NCBI RefSeq assembly: GCF_037042905.1
Contig: NC_087251.1
Span: forward strand, 15,068,001 to 15,132,000
DNA: 64,000 bases
Direction of reading: 5' to 3'
Source: Lytechinus pictus
Lineage: Eukaryota
Positions 50,014 to 64,000 of this stretch are shown here, piece after piece. The position numbers and the translations under genes were made by a program. The notes beneath the pieces were generated by a model. That model saw only the letters and a program-made list of their open reading frames with translations, had not been told where the DNA came from and ran no database searches. How positions within the stretch are numbered: the stretch's first letter is position 1; each line of letters opens with the position of its first letter.

Positions 50014-50627
50014 TTATACTATAGTGTCATTGCATGTGGGATTCATTTATGAAATAGCCAAGTGCAATAGAGAGCTTTGCAACTCGGTCCCTGATTTTAT
50101 TTAATTTTTACCACAATATATAATATAGATTTCAAGTTTTAATTTTTGACTAGATGTAGTGTTGATGATTGTCTGTCAAATTTTACCCAGATAAAAATCA
50201 GACAATTTCCTAGCAATCAATGATACATCAGCTACATGTATATAGGCTTATTAATTTTTTTACAGACGGTTTTAATATGAATCTTCAAGCTATCGAACCG
50301 TACCATGAAATTCAAAATAGCTTAAGACTAATCTCTTAAATTCTCTTTGTGGTTTGCAATTTTCTGAAGGACATAACTACTGCTTTCATGCTTCTTTGAT
50401 CAGAGCATGGATCCTACTAGAAAATAAATGGTTTTCAGATCCAAAGCTCCAGATTCTTGTTTGAAGCCTGTGAGGAGCTTCAATGTACATGCAGATAAAT
50501 GCAAAAGTAAGACACTGTGAAGTCATCTAATATACTCATCTTGTTAAATGATTAACACACAGAGCTAGGCAAAATATTGTCAATTACAAAATCCTGGCCA
50601 GGTACACTGGATGTATTGTGAAATTCA

Positions 50628-51081
50628 CCGGGGGGGGGGGGGGGGGGGTTGGCAGTCAAATATATTGCTATACACACGCGTGACAAAAAACTTGTTTAAA
50701 GAGGTGTTTTTTCAGTTTTGGACGTGGGCTGCGTGTGCACTCGTTAAGGGTATCAAAAATGCTGAATTTAAAAAAAGGGTAGTTTTGAAAAAATGGTCAA
50801 TGGTCAATTGCAGGGTCAAACTTATTTAGGGTATGTTTTTTTTCCAAAGCTTTTTTTTAAAGACTAACCAAACATGTTTAGGGTATGTTTTTTTCCCTGG
50901 GGTCATATTCTGGCGACAACTTGTTTAGGGGCCAAAATGTGTAAAGAAAGCCCGCGAAAAACTTGTTTAGGGGGTTATTTTGCACACAGCGAAAAACTTG
51001 TTTAGGGGGTGTTTGGAAATAATTTGTCCATACGTGTTTACAGCAATACATTTGACTGCACCCCCCACCCCCTCCCCCGGG
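50628..51081. mobile_element. Non-autonomous DNA transposon with CCGGG/poly-G termini and 8-bp TSD
   Basis: GAAATTCA at 50620-50627 and 51082-51089. Subterminal inverted gcagtcaaat.tattgct.ta.acacg. Internal aacttgtttagggg repeats. Confidence 0.75.
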
Positions 51082-54000
51082 GAAATTCACAAGAATCCCC
51101 ATCGCCCACAGTCCACAGAGGTGATGCAGGAGGGCAGAGGAATCTTGCAGCACCCAGCATTGCCCCAGCGGAGAACAAAAATGAGGATTAGGGCCTATGA
51201 ACCAACCTTATATTATCCACATTATACACTAACATTCACTTGAAATCATAAGTAAAATATTGAATATCATCTTTAATACAGGTATTTTGACATGATTACC
51301 TTTTACAGATTATTATTTTTTGCTGCCAAGACTGGTCATGAGCTTATTTCAATCAAATGTTGACTGTTTAATGGTTTACTTGATGCTTGATAATGCAGTT
51401 ACTAGTCATGCAGTCCGTTTGATCTTTTTATCAATTTTAGATGCATGATCCAGTGCAGCTGACATGCAATCACAGCAAGACATGTGAGAGATTTAGATAG
51501 GGCTATCTCTTGCGCAAACATAACTGTTTTATAGAGACAATGGTAAACATGCTGTAATGTAAACACATATGAGGAAGGCAATTATGTTATGTGCCATCCG
51601 CTTTATTTATTGGCTATAGTAAGAAGGTGTGATGGTTGCACTGAATTACAGGATGTTGTGGGTAGGGCACTGAGAGCAGGTGACATACGTGTGACATTCA
51701 TGTAGGCCTATTTTGTTTTGTTGATTCATGATTTATAGCTATTTTTCAGGATTCTTTGAAAAATATTGGCAAAGTCATAATTATAAGACTGTTTTATTCT
51801 TTTGTTCATTAAATTTGATGATTTATTTTTAAATTATGATCCATTTTGAAACTAGAGATTAAGCTTAATAGAGATTTTCATTAAATAATCAGCCATCTTC
51901 CGAAGTTGGCCTCTAGTTGTTGTTGGTAAGTTCCAAGAAAACTTTGATTTTGGTAGTTGATTTCTCTAGAAACTTCTAGTAACAATTGATGGCAAATTCA
52001 CCATGCATGGCAGTCATAATTGTATTTTTCTCCATCAGACTCTTTTATCATCTGTAAATAGAAAATTGAAAATTATAATGTTTTATTTCTTTTACATGTA
52101 TGTGTGCTACTGCACTATTATTTCCTTTGACCCACATAAAAAAAAACACCAAGAGAGAATAAATGTAAATTGTAGGCCTACCTGCACTACAGGTATATTG
52201 TATAGAAATATTCATATTGCAGAGATGTGTGGAAAAGGATGATGAACATTAAAATAGAAACACATAATTTCTTTAATATAATATTTTTGAGTAACAGGCA
52301 GTCACAGTCTCCTGGTCTCATCTGATGTTGTTCAAAACCCTTTCATATTTACATAATTTTATAGATTCAAACATAAATATAAATTATATTTTAATTTGTG
52401 TTAAAACATAGTTAATCATTGCAAATTTTAATACTAAAATCCTATAAAAGCAGTATTACACTCCAAAGAAACCCTCATCTAGAAAAGTAGGACATGTGCA
52501 ACTTTCCCCCAAGAAATTACTGTGTAAATCAAAATTTTGTAATGAGTAGAATCTGCAGTAGATAGATCTTTAATTGCCATGAATGCAAAGCATTCTCTTT
52601 ATGCCTCAGAGGAACCAATTAAATTGCTGGGTTTCTCAAAAGCTTCCAGCTTTCATTTAATTGGTATATAATGCAATCAATATTGACATGCCCACAAATA
52701 AGTCAACAATTAATCAGGCATCCAGTGTATTAATGTATGCAATCTGTACTAATTGTGGATTTTCTTACAGCTCTCCCATTTTCTATGCAGTATCAGATAT
52801 AAATTAACAACATAACTTTCTGAAAAATCACTGAATCGTTTATTAATGTTGCAGCAAAAATTATAAAAATGTTGACAAAAAAGGTTGGTAATTATTAGTT
52901 TGCATGGTGAGTGAACCCATAAAATATGACAATTCTTGAAAAAGTCTGTAAAGGACTTTTGAAAATCATCTTTTACATCATTCTGGGATGACATTGTTGT
53001 TGTTGTTGAAAACAAAACATATATCACCCATTATACCACAAACTGGCAGTATATTGCAAAATGTGAATACCCGGTATTGAGATAACTTCTTCTGAACGTT
53101 TGCATTGTCCTCTGCATGTGGAATGATTTTGCCACCTCCATGTATTAAAAGATCAGATCAGATTTTTAATATTCTGATTATTAAAAACTAAACTTAATAA
53201 TTCTAAAGAAGTGACTGTTTCTTGAAATTTTGAGTAAAACTTGTTTGTTAATTCATGAGAACGAAGTTTTAACTTCCCAAAATCGAATACATTTTCTATA
53301 ACAGACAGAATTTGGTAATGCAAGACATAGATATATATGCATCACGATAGGCATTGCACTGTATAATCACATCAGGGACATGTTTTGTTTTTCTCTTTCA
53401 CAAAAATACAGATTTACTTTATAAATTGTTGCATAAGTGATTTGTCACTTCGTCAAAATAAAATCACTAAATCAGTCTCATTCATTATAACACACGAAAG
53501 CATTATTATGGTCGGAACTTTGTGAGGTGAAGATGTTAAATGCTATGGTCACAAATACCTTCAAAATTAATTGATTGCTTTTATTTCTGCATTCCATTGC
53601 TCTACGATCGCCATATATGAACAATTTTTATGCACAGCAATAAATGGGCATTAACAAGTGCAAAAAAATGCAGAATTGAAAAAAAAAATGATTATCTAAG
53701 TTTCTGTTAGTTTGTGATATTGAGGAATGATACGGATATATTACCGAGAATCATGCAAGAGGTCTGAATAACACTCACCATTATTTTGATAACGAAGCTC
53801 TTTCTGGAGGCCATGCGCTAGATTATTTGAACTTAAATATCGAAATGATATAGAAACTTGTATTTTTGACTGTACAATCATTTTTACTGAATTGAATTAT
53901 TTCTGTGAAAAATATTTGTCTGTATAGTAGAACACTCTTCCTGTTTGTATTCTTTTGTAAAACAAAACAGGAAGGAAAAGTATTGATTTTCGATTATTAC

Positions 54001-54396
54001 CGCTCCAATATTTTTTATAGCTATCATATGTCATCTGCCTGAGAAATATTATGAAGTAGGTTTTACAATATACAATAGTAGTATTGTACCTCAAGGTAAT
54101 TGGTTCTTTATTTATTGGAAGTATTTTTAAGATCTACCCCAAAATATGTTGTTTTTTTTCCTTAGATGTGACCTCTTTCTTTTGACCAGGTTACATTTTC
54201 AGCTTACAAAACTCTATAAGATATGAGTTTAACTTAATAAATAAAGGTATTACAAGTTGATAATTTTTATTCCAGATCATTTCATTATTTCATGATTTCT
54301 ATAGATAGTATTGATATGTTCCTGTGAACATTCATTTTCTTCACTTTAAAATTGTATAGATAATCTGATTTCATGAATGGTATTAAATACTTTCTG

Positions 54397-54781
54397 CAGT
54401 GCTCGAAACTGGCACCGGTCTGAAGGTCCCAGACCGGTAAACATTGCTGTCGGGCCAGTAGTTTTTCAGAAATAGCTAGATTAAAAAAAATATATCAAAC
54501 AATGATATTTTCTTCTCTTTTGTAAATTATAAAAATGGCTCTGATGAATTATGTTGTGTGTGTGGTCTGTTTTTTTTTTTTTTGGGGGGGGAGGGGGGTG
54601 AGGGGCGTAACAATAAGCAATAAAAGACAGCAAAACAAACTGGTCTTTTTATGTTTTTCTGTATTTTGGGGGACCAGTAAAGTTTGGGTTAGACAAGTAA
54701 AAAATGGAAAAAAATGGTTATCTACTGGTCCGACATATCAGGTTGGACCAGTAGAAAAAAAAGAGTTAGTATGGAGCCCTG
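54397..54781. mobile_element. hAT-like MITE (degenerate)
   Basis: Ends CAGTGCTC / GAGCCCTG; internal ggaccagta repeats. TSD not clear. Confidence 0.5.
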
Positions 54782-57700
54782 CTATCTAGGAGTTTTCTCC
54801 TCCAATTAAGTACCATTATACAAATTATTTCCCTTATGACTTTTTCTGTCACAAAAGTACTGCATATCACGAGTAGATTTTCCCAACTATATGCTTATTG
54901 ACTACCATGCATAGTATGCGCACATGTACGTCATACTAGTTTCTTTGTGACCATGGTCAGCCTACTTTCTTGTGATGTTGCATATCGGATACCTACTGCT
55001 GTGCATGTGACTGGTTGAAGAATGTCGAGAATGCTCTCATTGCCGGCCCAGCCAGCCGCATCAGCAAGCATGGCTCTTGGTAGTAGGCTTTTGAGTAGAG
55101 TCAGGTGATGAGCGACTTGCATGGCAGCACTGGAGGGGTTTGTCTCTCAGGACCCCATCCCTTCTGAACACATGTAATTTCAACATTTAGACCCTACATT
55201 ATACACTACATGTAGTGTACAATGCAGGGTCTATAAATGATGAAATACATGTGGGCCTACTCTTTGTTGACTATTGAAAAAAAAAATAACAGTGAACACA
55301 TAAGCACAGAATCTCTTTTAAAACAGATTATTACTATTAGATATTGTAATAGTCTAACTAGCCAAATTTCCTTTTCCTCATATAGCGTTCGTATAGTGCT
55401 ACACATACGGATCTAGGCGTTCATATGTAGATGAACATTTTTATAGTGAAGAGCTAAAAGCAAATAGATTTTAAAAAAAAAGAGCATGAAGGATGTGGCA
55501 TTGGCAAAAAAATGACATAAAAAGATTCTTCGCCCACTGTACATAAAAAAACCAATAAATATATCTGAATGATTTCAGTACCTTCAATTATCATGTTGAA
55601 CCAATAATCTTCCAATATATAGTACCAGTATGTTCTACACATTCTCACACATACCAGCAGATGCAGATCTGTACATATCCTCAAACTTGTCCGATTCACT
55701 GTTTTTAAGCCACAATTATTTCTACACATATGCAGAATTCATGCACAGACAGTCGCTCGGTCCTTAACCTACAGTAGTTTGCATGAAAGAGCATTATAAC
55801 CAGAAATGTTCGTATTCATACACAACCGTTCAATTGACCATAATAATTGAGTTAAAACTCAAATTCAATTGATTTATAACCTTGGTGTATAGTCAGTGTA
55901 CAGCCAGTGATCAGTCATAATGAACTTTTGTGTATACCTTGATCTTAGCCAACAAATGACCTGTATTCCATATTGTTATTGCCCTTTATTGCATAATCAA
56001 TCTTATAAATAGATTCATGGTGCACTAAGACAGTTTGCATTGTTAGGGCAGAATGTAGATGGAAATCGTTATTGTGTCAAATGTGTGAGAATTTTATATC
56101 GCTGCTTAGTGGACAAAATCTTTGAGTAAAATTTATATGTTCAGTGCTCCATTTCAGAAAGAGTTGTATTTCAATGCAAAAAAAAAATCATATGCAAGTC
56201 TGGGACATGCACAGTTCATTGGTAAAAAAATCAAGTTCAATTTGATTTTTTTAGTGCCGTTTGATTGACTAGAATCTAGTCATACAGAACATGACAAGTA
56301 ACAGTTGCACCTAGCTGAACCTTTTATTTCATCATTCATTATTAGTTTGTGCAGTGTGTACACATATTTGTGACCTGCTACACAGAAATAGTTTTCTCAT
56401 CATTGTATTCTACTCTTTAGTTTAAATTGCAACTGAAAATATAGATAATGAAAATGATATAGTTTGTGAAGGTGCAGCAATTTATTCATTGAATTTTTTT
56501 TTAGATAAGAGAAATCAGAGATAATGGGATAGAAACTAACTTTAGGTAAACAAAATTGTCTAGATTTGAGAGCTTTTAGCTACTCAGAAATTATACATGA
56601 ACTACATGTAGAGGTACATGTATTTATGTTTTGTGAAAGCTTGTCTACGTTGTTCTATTGAACCATTACTGCATTTATCTTTTCACTCTTCTAAATTAAC
56701 TTTTCTAAAAATCAGCATGCATGGTATATTTACATGGTACAAAATGGTACAAAAACATTTATATGGTACAAAATATTTGAGTCATACACAATGTTCACTC
56801 ATGTATGACCATATGTTGAGAACCTGGGCAACGCCTGGATACCCTTTCATTCTTAATTCAATCTGTAGTCAAACGAGGCAGAAAATATAATTTAATCTTT
56901 ATTGATTGATCTCAGTCGTATCAAAGAATTTGGTCATAGCCGAGAATGAAGACCACTAATTGCATTCTGATTGGTGTGTCTTGGTCTCTATGCAGAAGAA
57001 GCTATGGAATGGGTATGTGTAAACAAAGAGATTTGCTTTAAGATGATATTGATTTTCAAGAAAATAAGAGAAATGGGTTTCTGTATGCTTATGGATTCTA
57101 GGGCTGTTGGGCCTGAAGGGAAACTTCTGACACCTTTAACCATATGAAACTTGTCTAGAACTGTATTTATTATGCTTCTCTATACACTATAGCCCCATTG
57201 TGATTTTAAGCGAATGAAAAAACACTCAATTTATGTGCAGTGTGATTGACTTCAAACAGTCAAAAGTGTACCTTTTTGACTTGCACTTGTTCAAGAAATT
57301 TGGCAAATTTATTTAAGATTAATAATAAAGATACCTAATTTGGCTGCTAATTCAATCATAATTGCAGTCATTTTATTTTGTCAAGAATGGCCAGAGCTTT
57401 ATATAACGCCAAGCAGACAATTATTCAACGGTATCACCAAACCAGTGAGATTTATTCTGGCAGGCAATAAATAATAAGATAAATTATGAACAGCTTTATA
57501 ATACACCTGTGTGGTATTGTTGGTCATACATTTACACTAGAAAGGAGAAACAATTTAGGCTATCTCTCGTTTCTTCAGAATATTTTTTTCTACTTAGAAA
57601 AAAGTTATTCATTATTCAAATGCAAGTGTTTCTGCAACGTGGCCAAAGATGTTTTAAAAGTAGCTCTCCTGTCATTCTTTCCCATTCTTTAATGTTTTCA

Positions 57701-58356
57701 TATCTAATGCTGATTAACAATGAGGAAAGAAGTGAATCGGAATGAAAACAGGATGTTTTAATTTTCATGTGTACTTGGAGGAGAAAGCCACATGCTTTGT
57801 CTTGACGCATTTTAAATTTCTCAACTTCCTATCCACCTATTAAAGAGAAATATTTTCATGTGCTGTCTGAATTAATGAGACTGCATTCCTTCCTGAAAGA
57901 CATGTATTTATTCATTACTAGAGCTGAAGCCAAATCATGTGGAATGATGAAAGCTATAAGAGTGAGGTTCACACTGCACTCCATGAATTCAGAGATTCCA
58001 TCAAGATGCAATATAACTTTAAATCAGTGAAAAAAGGTATTCATTAATTCATTTCACTGATATAATTTTCTATCATGAAACAGAAAAATAGAACTTCTCT
58101 TAGCCACCCCCTTTGGACCAACAATGAACAGATTGAGCTTACCCAGATGTTGAATTGGTATCGATGTGACTATATTTTGACATTGTAATTTATGTTTATA
58201 TTTCTATTTGTTGTGATTAATGATGATGATGATGATAATAGAATGATAGTAATAAGAAAATAAGAAGAACAACTACAATGGCATATTTACCAAGGGTAGC
58301 CACTTCAGTTCTGAAAACTGTTCTCCCAGTGGGCCCTGCTATTATTATTGTTACAT

Positions 58357-59753
58357 CAGGGGTCGATTTTAGCGGGAGCCCGGTGGCAAATGGCTCCCTA
58401 AAACCTCTGCGGGCTCCTTAGAAAGCAATTGAAAAAGCCCGGCGGGCTCCCTAACTTTTTTTCTAGTACCAGCCACAAAAACGGTTCCATTATCATTACC
58501 GCCGTGTGTAATTTCTAATGCAAACATTTCCCCTATGGATATCACGATTCTGTGATATAGGAGTTCAAATTGCACATGAGATAAGTCCCGGAATTCTAAT
58601 TATAACCTCGCATTGGTGAGTCTGTCGTTGTGTAGACTTCGGCTCTGCTCGAAAAACGGAGCCTATTATTAACATCTAAAATAACTTACCTCGGTTGTGA
58701 ATTATAACTGAAAAATCATTTTTTTTCTAAGGGATGGGTAAATATCAGACAGTAAATCATCAAACAAGGCACCATCTGATTTTAGGAGGCCACTGGATTT
58801 TCCTCACGCACGCACTGACACTTGAGCAAGTCTGAGCTCTCTCTCTCTGCCAGAGCTCTGGGGGACCATTCGGTCAGTAAAGGCCTCAATGATGGTGATT
58901 TTCTGTTTCAGATAGAGTTTACATTTCAGGTCTATTTTTTAAAACAACCGATAAAGTTGGATGATTTCTTCATTGTGATGTATATTTAAGTTATTAATGA
59001 ATACTTTTTCACCAAATTTAGACTCCCTCATAGAGAAATGCAATTTCCGTGGAGATCTGCGTTTTCAAACAACTGCAGGAAAAGTTAGGGTACACGTACA
59101 TTAAACATGTGCCTACATGTGACATACTTAGCCTGTGTGGTTTTTGTACTGATATAAAAAGGATTATGGAGTAGAAATTACATAATTAATTTCCTTTACT
59201 TATACATGTATATCCAAGTCCACCTCACAGTCACACCCACACAAATACACACCAACCCACACCCATGATTCTGAGCATGAAAAAAATGTTTTTTTAACAA
59301 ATAATTTAAGAGTTCTAGATCTTTCATAATTTATTATTAGTAGATCAGACTCTCTCCCTATATTTTTTATATATATAATTATTCATCTTGCTTATTTATT
59401 CTATTTCATTTTTGTTTATTTATTTATCTTTTTTTTGGAGGGGGGGGTCATTAAAAATGAAAAAAAGAAGCCAGTGGGTTTGTGAAGTTGTATACCGGTG
59501 TGTAAGGGTAGTGGGGTGTCAAAATACACTTAAAATCTTATTTACCGGTACCCTGAATGAATACACCTGGTGCAGATGATTATTTTTAAAAATATTGTGA
59601 TAGTGGGTTTTAATTTTTGAAATAGTTAATGACCAGTATTACACAAAAATAAATGTGATGAACTTGGGCTCCTTAAAACCCTTGCGGGCTCCTTAAAAAA
59701 GTGCTTGAGGAGCCCGGCTGGCTCCCTAGGAAAAAAGTTAAGGTCAGGCCCTG
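58357..59753. mobile_element. hAT-like non-autonomous element with 6-bp TSD
   Basis: Ends CAGGGGTCGA / TCAGGCCCTG. Subterminal ggagcc/ggctcc repeats at both ends. TTACAT at 58351-58356 and 59754-59759. Confidence 0.75.
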
Positions 59754-60409
59754 TTACATGTTGTTTAAATATACATTTTATTTTAAATAATTAAGGATTC
59801 TGTGTATTATCATTTTTTTTCTAAAATAAACCTTTTAAAACTATGGAAGATCCATGTGAACATACCCAAATGACGTGCACAACTTAAACAAACTTGTAAT
59901 TGCTCTCCTCAGACACATTTTTTTTCTATACTTATTTTTTCTTCTTTTGAAAGGGAGAGCAATTAGGAGAATGCAGTGCTTAGGTTGAAGCCAATGCCAT
60001 TTTCGACAAAGCAATCTTTAGTATCTTGATGCAGCACTTACAGTAAAAATCATTGTGTGAAATCACCTACAGGGAAAGGTACAAGAAGACAATTTTGGGG
60101 GAAGACATGTGCAAATATTTTAATGCAATTTCACAATAGTAGACAGAACAGTCCCTCAATTCATACTCCATCTTTCTACTCCTCCATCATTTCCCCTTCC
60201 CTCCCCTATAGTCCTCTTTAATTACAATTTATTAGGAGAATATAGAAGAAAAGGAGTTATCTGGGTGAAGACATGTACCCCTAATCAAATACCAATCAGA
60301 GAGAATGCAATATCTCATTCAACAGGACATTGACTTTGTTGATTCATCATCCCCTCCCCAAAGGGCATTCAACCTTCTGACATTTTACTGGACAATATTA
60401 AGGTCGTGC

Positions 60410-60697
60410 AGATTGGTCCGTCCACATGACTACCTTAGGATGTGTATTGTGTAGTGTAAAAATATGTTTGTGATGTTAAATGAGCTATGTATGAATGAGC
60501 ATTAAAGGGAAAGATCATCTTATGATCAACAATGACTGATTAATGACCAATGAAGATTGGTCCGTCCACATGACTACCTTAGGATGTGTATTGTGTAGTG
60601 TAAAAATATGTTTGTGATGTTAAATGAGCTATGTATGAATGAGCATTAAAGGGAAAGATCATCTTATGATCAACAATGACTGATTAATGACCAATGA
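60410..60697. repeat. Perfect 144-bp tandem duplication
   Basis: 60410-60553 appears identical to 60554-60697; AG microhomology at the junction. Confidence 0.92.
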
Positions 60698-62029
60698 AGT
60701 CCAATTATATCACAGAATACTTATCTTTGGTAGATTGGAACCAAGTATGCATTACCAATTGGTCTTGACAGTGTACTTGTGCCAACAGTCTAAAGTAATA
60801 TGCAAGTGCATAGGTAAAGATGAAGGTACAGTTGGTGATTGTGATATTAATGGAAGCTCAGAGAAAGAAGATAGTATAGAGAGAAGGAGAGGGAAAATTG
60901 AATGAAAGAAAATGTAGAAAGAATGGGGGAGAAAGGTTGAAAATGAAAGAGGAAGAAGGAATTCTAAAATAGGAGGGAAGGGAGGGATGAAAGAATAGAT
61001 GAGAGGGGAGGAGGAAGGAAGGAGTGGGTGTTGAGGAGAGTTGTGTTTGATAACTATTAAACTCTTTCTCCAACTGGACCAAGATCCTTTGGATATAATT
61101 CAAATCTTAAGTAGATATAGAGGTATACCTCGGAGGATTTTAGACGTCACATATACAGTGCTTTTAAAAATGGCTATTACAAATCTTGGAGATTGAGACT
61201 TATTAAGTGGGGAATCCCCTAAGATTTTTTAATCAGATATCTGTTGGTGTCTCTTGAGGTTAACTTTCATTCACTTTGATGTAACTCTTTACTGTCAACT
61301 TTACGAACGGGAATATGGAATGTAATATTGTTTTATGCACTCAAGTTTGATATACCGTACCATTAAAAAACAACCTGACAATAATCTTAAAAAAGATTAA
61401 TCAAAATAACAACAGTGGTCTAAATCTACCAAATCAAAGTATACCAGGATTCATGTTGAGTTTGACCATTTTATTCCATGGAAAACATGTTCATTCAACA
61501 GATAATGTTGATCAATCCTTTTTAAGATATTCCTTGTTTCAATGTTGATATAAGTGAAGAAAGAGAAACAATATATTTGTTTTAAAGGAAAATACCTGTA
61601 GTTATTTGATGTGTCTTGTTTTGTTGAATATGAAACCTAACACTTGAACTTGAAGAGTAAAGGATCTGTACTTATCATATTTAATGAAATATGAACATTG
61701 CATTTTAAGAAATAAGTAATAAACTCAATTAATATATGTTGCACGAGCTGCCATCCACAGGAACTGGGGCTCATTGTCTATCGTTCAATAAAAATGGGAA
61801 TGCGGTTTCGATATCGGTGTGCATGAAATACCCTTGAGCATGTGCTTGGTAAAACACGCGGTCGAGGTGGTTGAGGCTGTCGTATCTTCATCCTTCCCAT
61901 TTTGCCGAATCAATAATATTCTATTTCGCCCGGGGCCCCAGGTGTGTCATAATGATGGGAGGGCCCGTTTGAAGAATATTTTGGAAAAGGCAACTGCTGA
62001 GATAATGAAATGGGGGTCAGGAGGGGGAG

Positions 62030-62365
62030 TTTAGAAAGAGAGAATGTGAGAGAGAGACAGAGAGACATAGATAGGTGAATGCATATATAGATAGATCGAT
62101 AGATTAATATAGATAGATAGAAAGATAGAAAGATAGATAAATACATGCATAGATGGATGGATGGATGAATGGAAAGAACGATGGATAGATGGAAGAATGT
62201 ACGGATGGATCGAGGTAGATAGAGAGGGTCAGATACAGAGACAAAGATAGAGACAGAAGGAGAGAAAGTGAGAGAGAGAGAAAGAAGTCTAAGGGCAACA
62301 ATGAATGAAATATAAATAGAGATGGGGGAGAAAGAGTGAAAGATGGATATTTAGAGATAGGGAGC
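62030..62365. repeat. (GA)/(GATA)/(GGAT)n compound microsatellite
   Basis: Direct reading. Confidence 0.85.
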
Positions 62366-64000
62366 ATGCAGTGATTGATAACAAATAGAAAAAATGGAAG
62401 ACAGTAGAAATGAAAGAGCTAATTTAAGACTGAAAGATTGAAGATAAGTGAAGTTGAGATAAGAAGGACAAATAATGGTGAATTGTGCATGGAAGAGGGC
62501 CTACGTGTTTATTGTAAGAGAGTAATGGGATTATTATTGTAATATTGGATTGTAATTTCCAATTGGAGGGCTATGCATTTCATCTCAAAGTATTCAGTGA
62601 CTGTCCTTGAATCTTGACCCATAAAGACTTAAACAGAATGATCTTATGATTAAAATAAGATATACTGAATGCTCCTGAATGAATGCTTGAGTCATTCTAT
62701 CATTAATTGCATGAACAACGTGACCTATGCTGTGTAATCTTCCAAAAGCTTTTTATACTTGTCGTCGATTAGTATCATTTTTTTTCTGGGAATCATTAAT
62801 AAATGGATCAAGACAAATTGATCCCATTGGCAATGAGGAGAAATATTTCATCTCCCAAGTTTTTTTTCTGTTCCCAATTGTCATAATTGAGAAAGAAAAT
62901 TCAATCATTTATGTACCATGAGATATCGATGGTGATGCCAAATGCCCAAGACGGGATAAATTTCCAAATTGAGGCAGAGGAAAAGAGTGTGCCACAGGGG
63001 CTGGAGTGTCAGACGAAATCAGATCTCTTGGGTTTGAATTGGCGTCAAGCACAAACCTAATGTAGTACTAAGACAGAAGAGAAGGGCAATATTCAATGAA
63101 TGAGTTGCCAGTTGGTCTCATCCCACTTGGCCTAATGACTTTCTTTTCATCCCATTTTATCTTCTATCCCAAGGGTTTCTTTATGGAGGAGGGAAGAAAA
63201 AAATATCATACTGGGGACTAAATTTATTTTCCTCATTGGGTAGCTGGTTGTATTGAATATTTACTCTGTCCAGAAAGCTTATTTGTCTAAACACATGTTC
63301 TGTCTTTTCCTGTTTTTTTTTGTCCATGGCAAAGAAAAGCTTGTCACCCGCTTCTCAAATCCCCTCAAACTAAGAATACAACACATAACTGGCAGAGACA
63401 GTTTGGGTGCAGTCCCAGGTTTGTCTGCAGGCACAGACCCTGATTGAAACTTTGATCAACAAGTGTGTATCCACGCACAGACTAGCACATACAAAACTTG
63501 CTGTTTTGAGGGCCTTCAGTACACATGAGGAATGAGTAGGCTGCAATTCAGACCCTTTACTCAAGTGAAGGGTTTGCACAGCAGACTAGTCCCAGGCATT
63601 CTTATCTGTGTGCAGTGATCATGTTGATGATTCCATTGCTTGTATACTGCAAACACTGTTCAGTTCTTAAATTAGCAAATAGCCACCACTTCAAGACAGT
63701 TTCACAACCTGGGTCCCTTTGTATGAAAATTTACTATGATGGTAACTGAACTATCCAGTCATAACTACCATGACAACAATACTCATCAGCTAATCAAATT
63801 CAGGGATTATATGAAAATCACTATTGGATGGTTTATGCAACAGGGCCCTGAAGCATTATCAGAGGGAAAAATGACTGCAGAAACATCTATTAATGTGCAA
63901 ATTTTCTGTGAGGTTTATGTCTGGATTTTGAATTTAATGGTACTTCTGCCAAGAAAAATCTTGAAAACATGCATGGTTATGGATTATAGAAGCTAAGTCT

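Noticed and set aside
54930..55160. GC-richer islet as RyR exon 2
   Set aside because: No frame gives the expected RyR exon-2 motifs (L.C...CLAAEGFGNR).
61740..62030. CpG-richer islet with ORF 61819-62034
   Set aside because: No motif, splice signals or homology that I can support; at most an unverified regulatory candidate.

Overview
AT-rich, repeat-dense animal genomic DNA, most likely an echinoderm such as a sea urchin (inferred from repeat style and gene structure; not proven). It contains two + strand spliced genes that the ORF track largely misses. The first is a complete kinesin-9 family gene, KIF6, with 19-20 coding exons at 10904-31407 (about 918-920 aa) and one clear U12-type minor-spliceosome intron (23749-25358). 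The second is the first coding exon of a ryanodine receptor (42684-42728, MASQDAEDEVSFLRT), followed by an intron longer than 21 kb that runs off the window. The only long ORF (3801-7214, minus) is an intact endonuclease/reverse-transcriptase ORF of a CR1/L2-group LINE. That LINE is nested in a minisatellite inside a hAT-like element with a 5-bp TSD. The rest is non-autonomous DNA transposons (Kolobok-like TTAA, hAT-like, Tc1-like, foldback, Harbinger-like MITEs), LINE and SINE fragments, and microsatellites. The most unusual structures are a three-level nested hAT-like stack whose insertions hit the same homologous site, a perfect 70-bp palindrome, a Tc1-like element carrying a Pol III tRNA-like cassette, and a locally templated insertion. 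All calls come from manual reading; no database searches were run.
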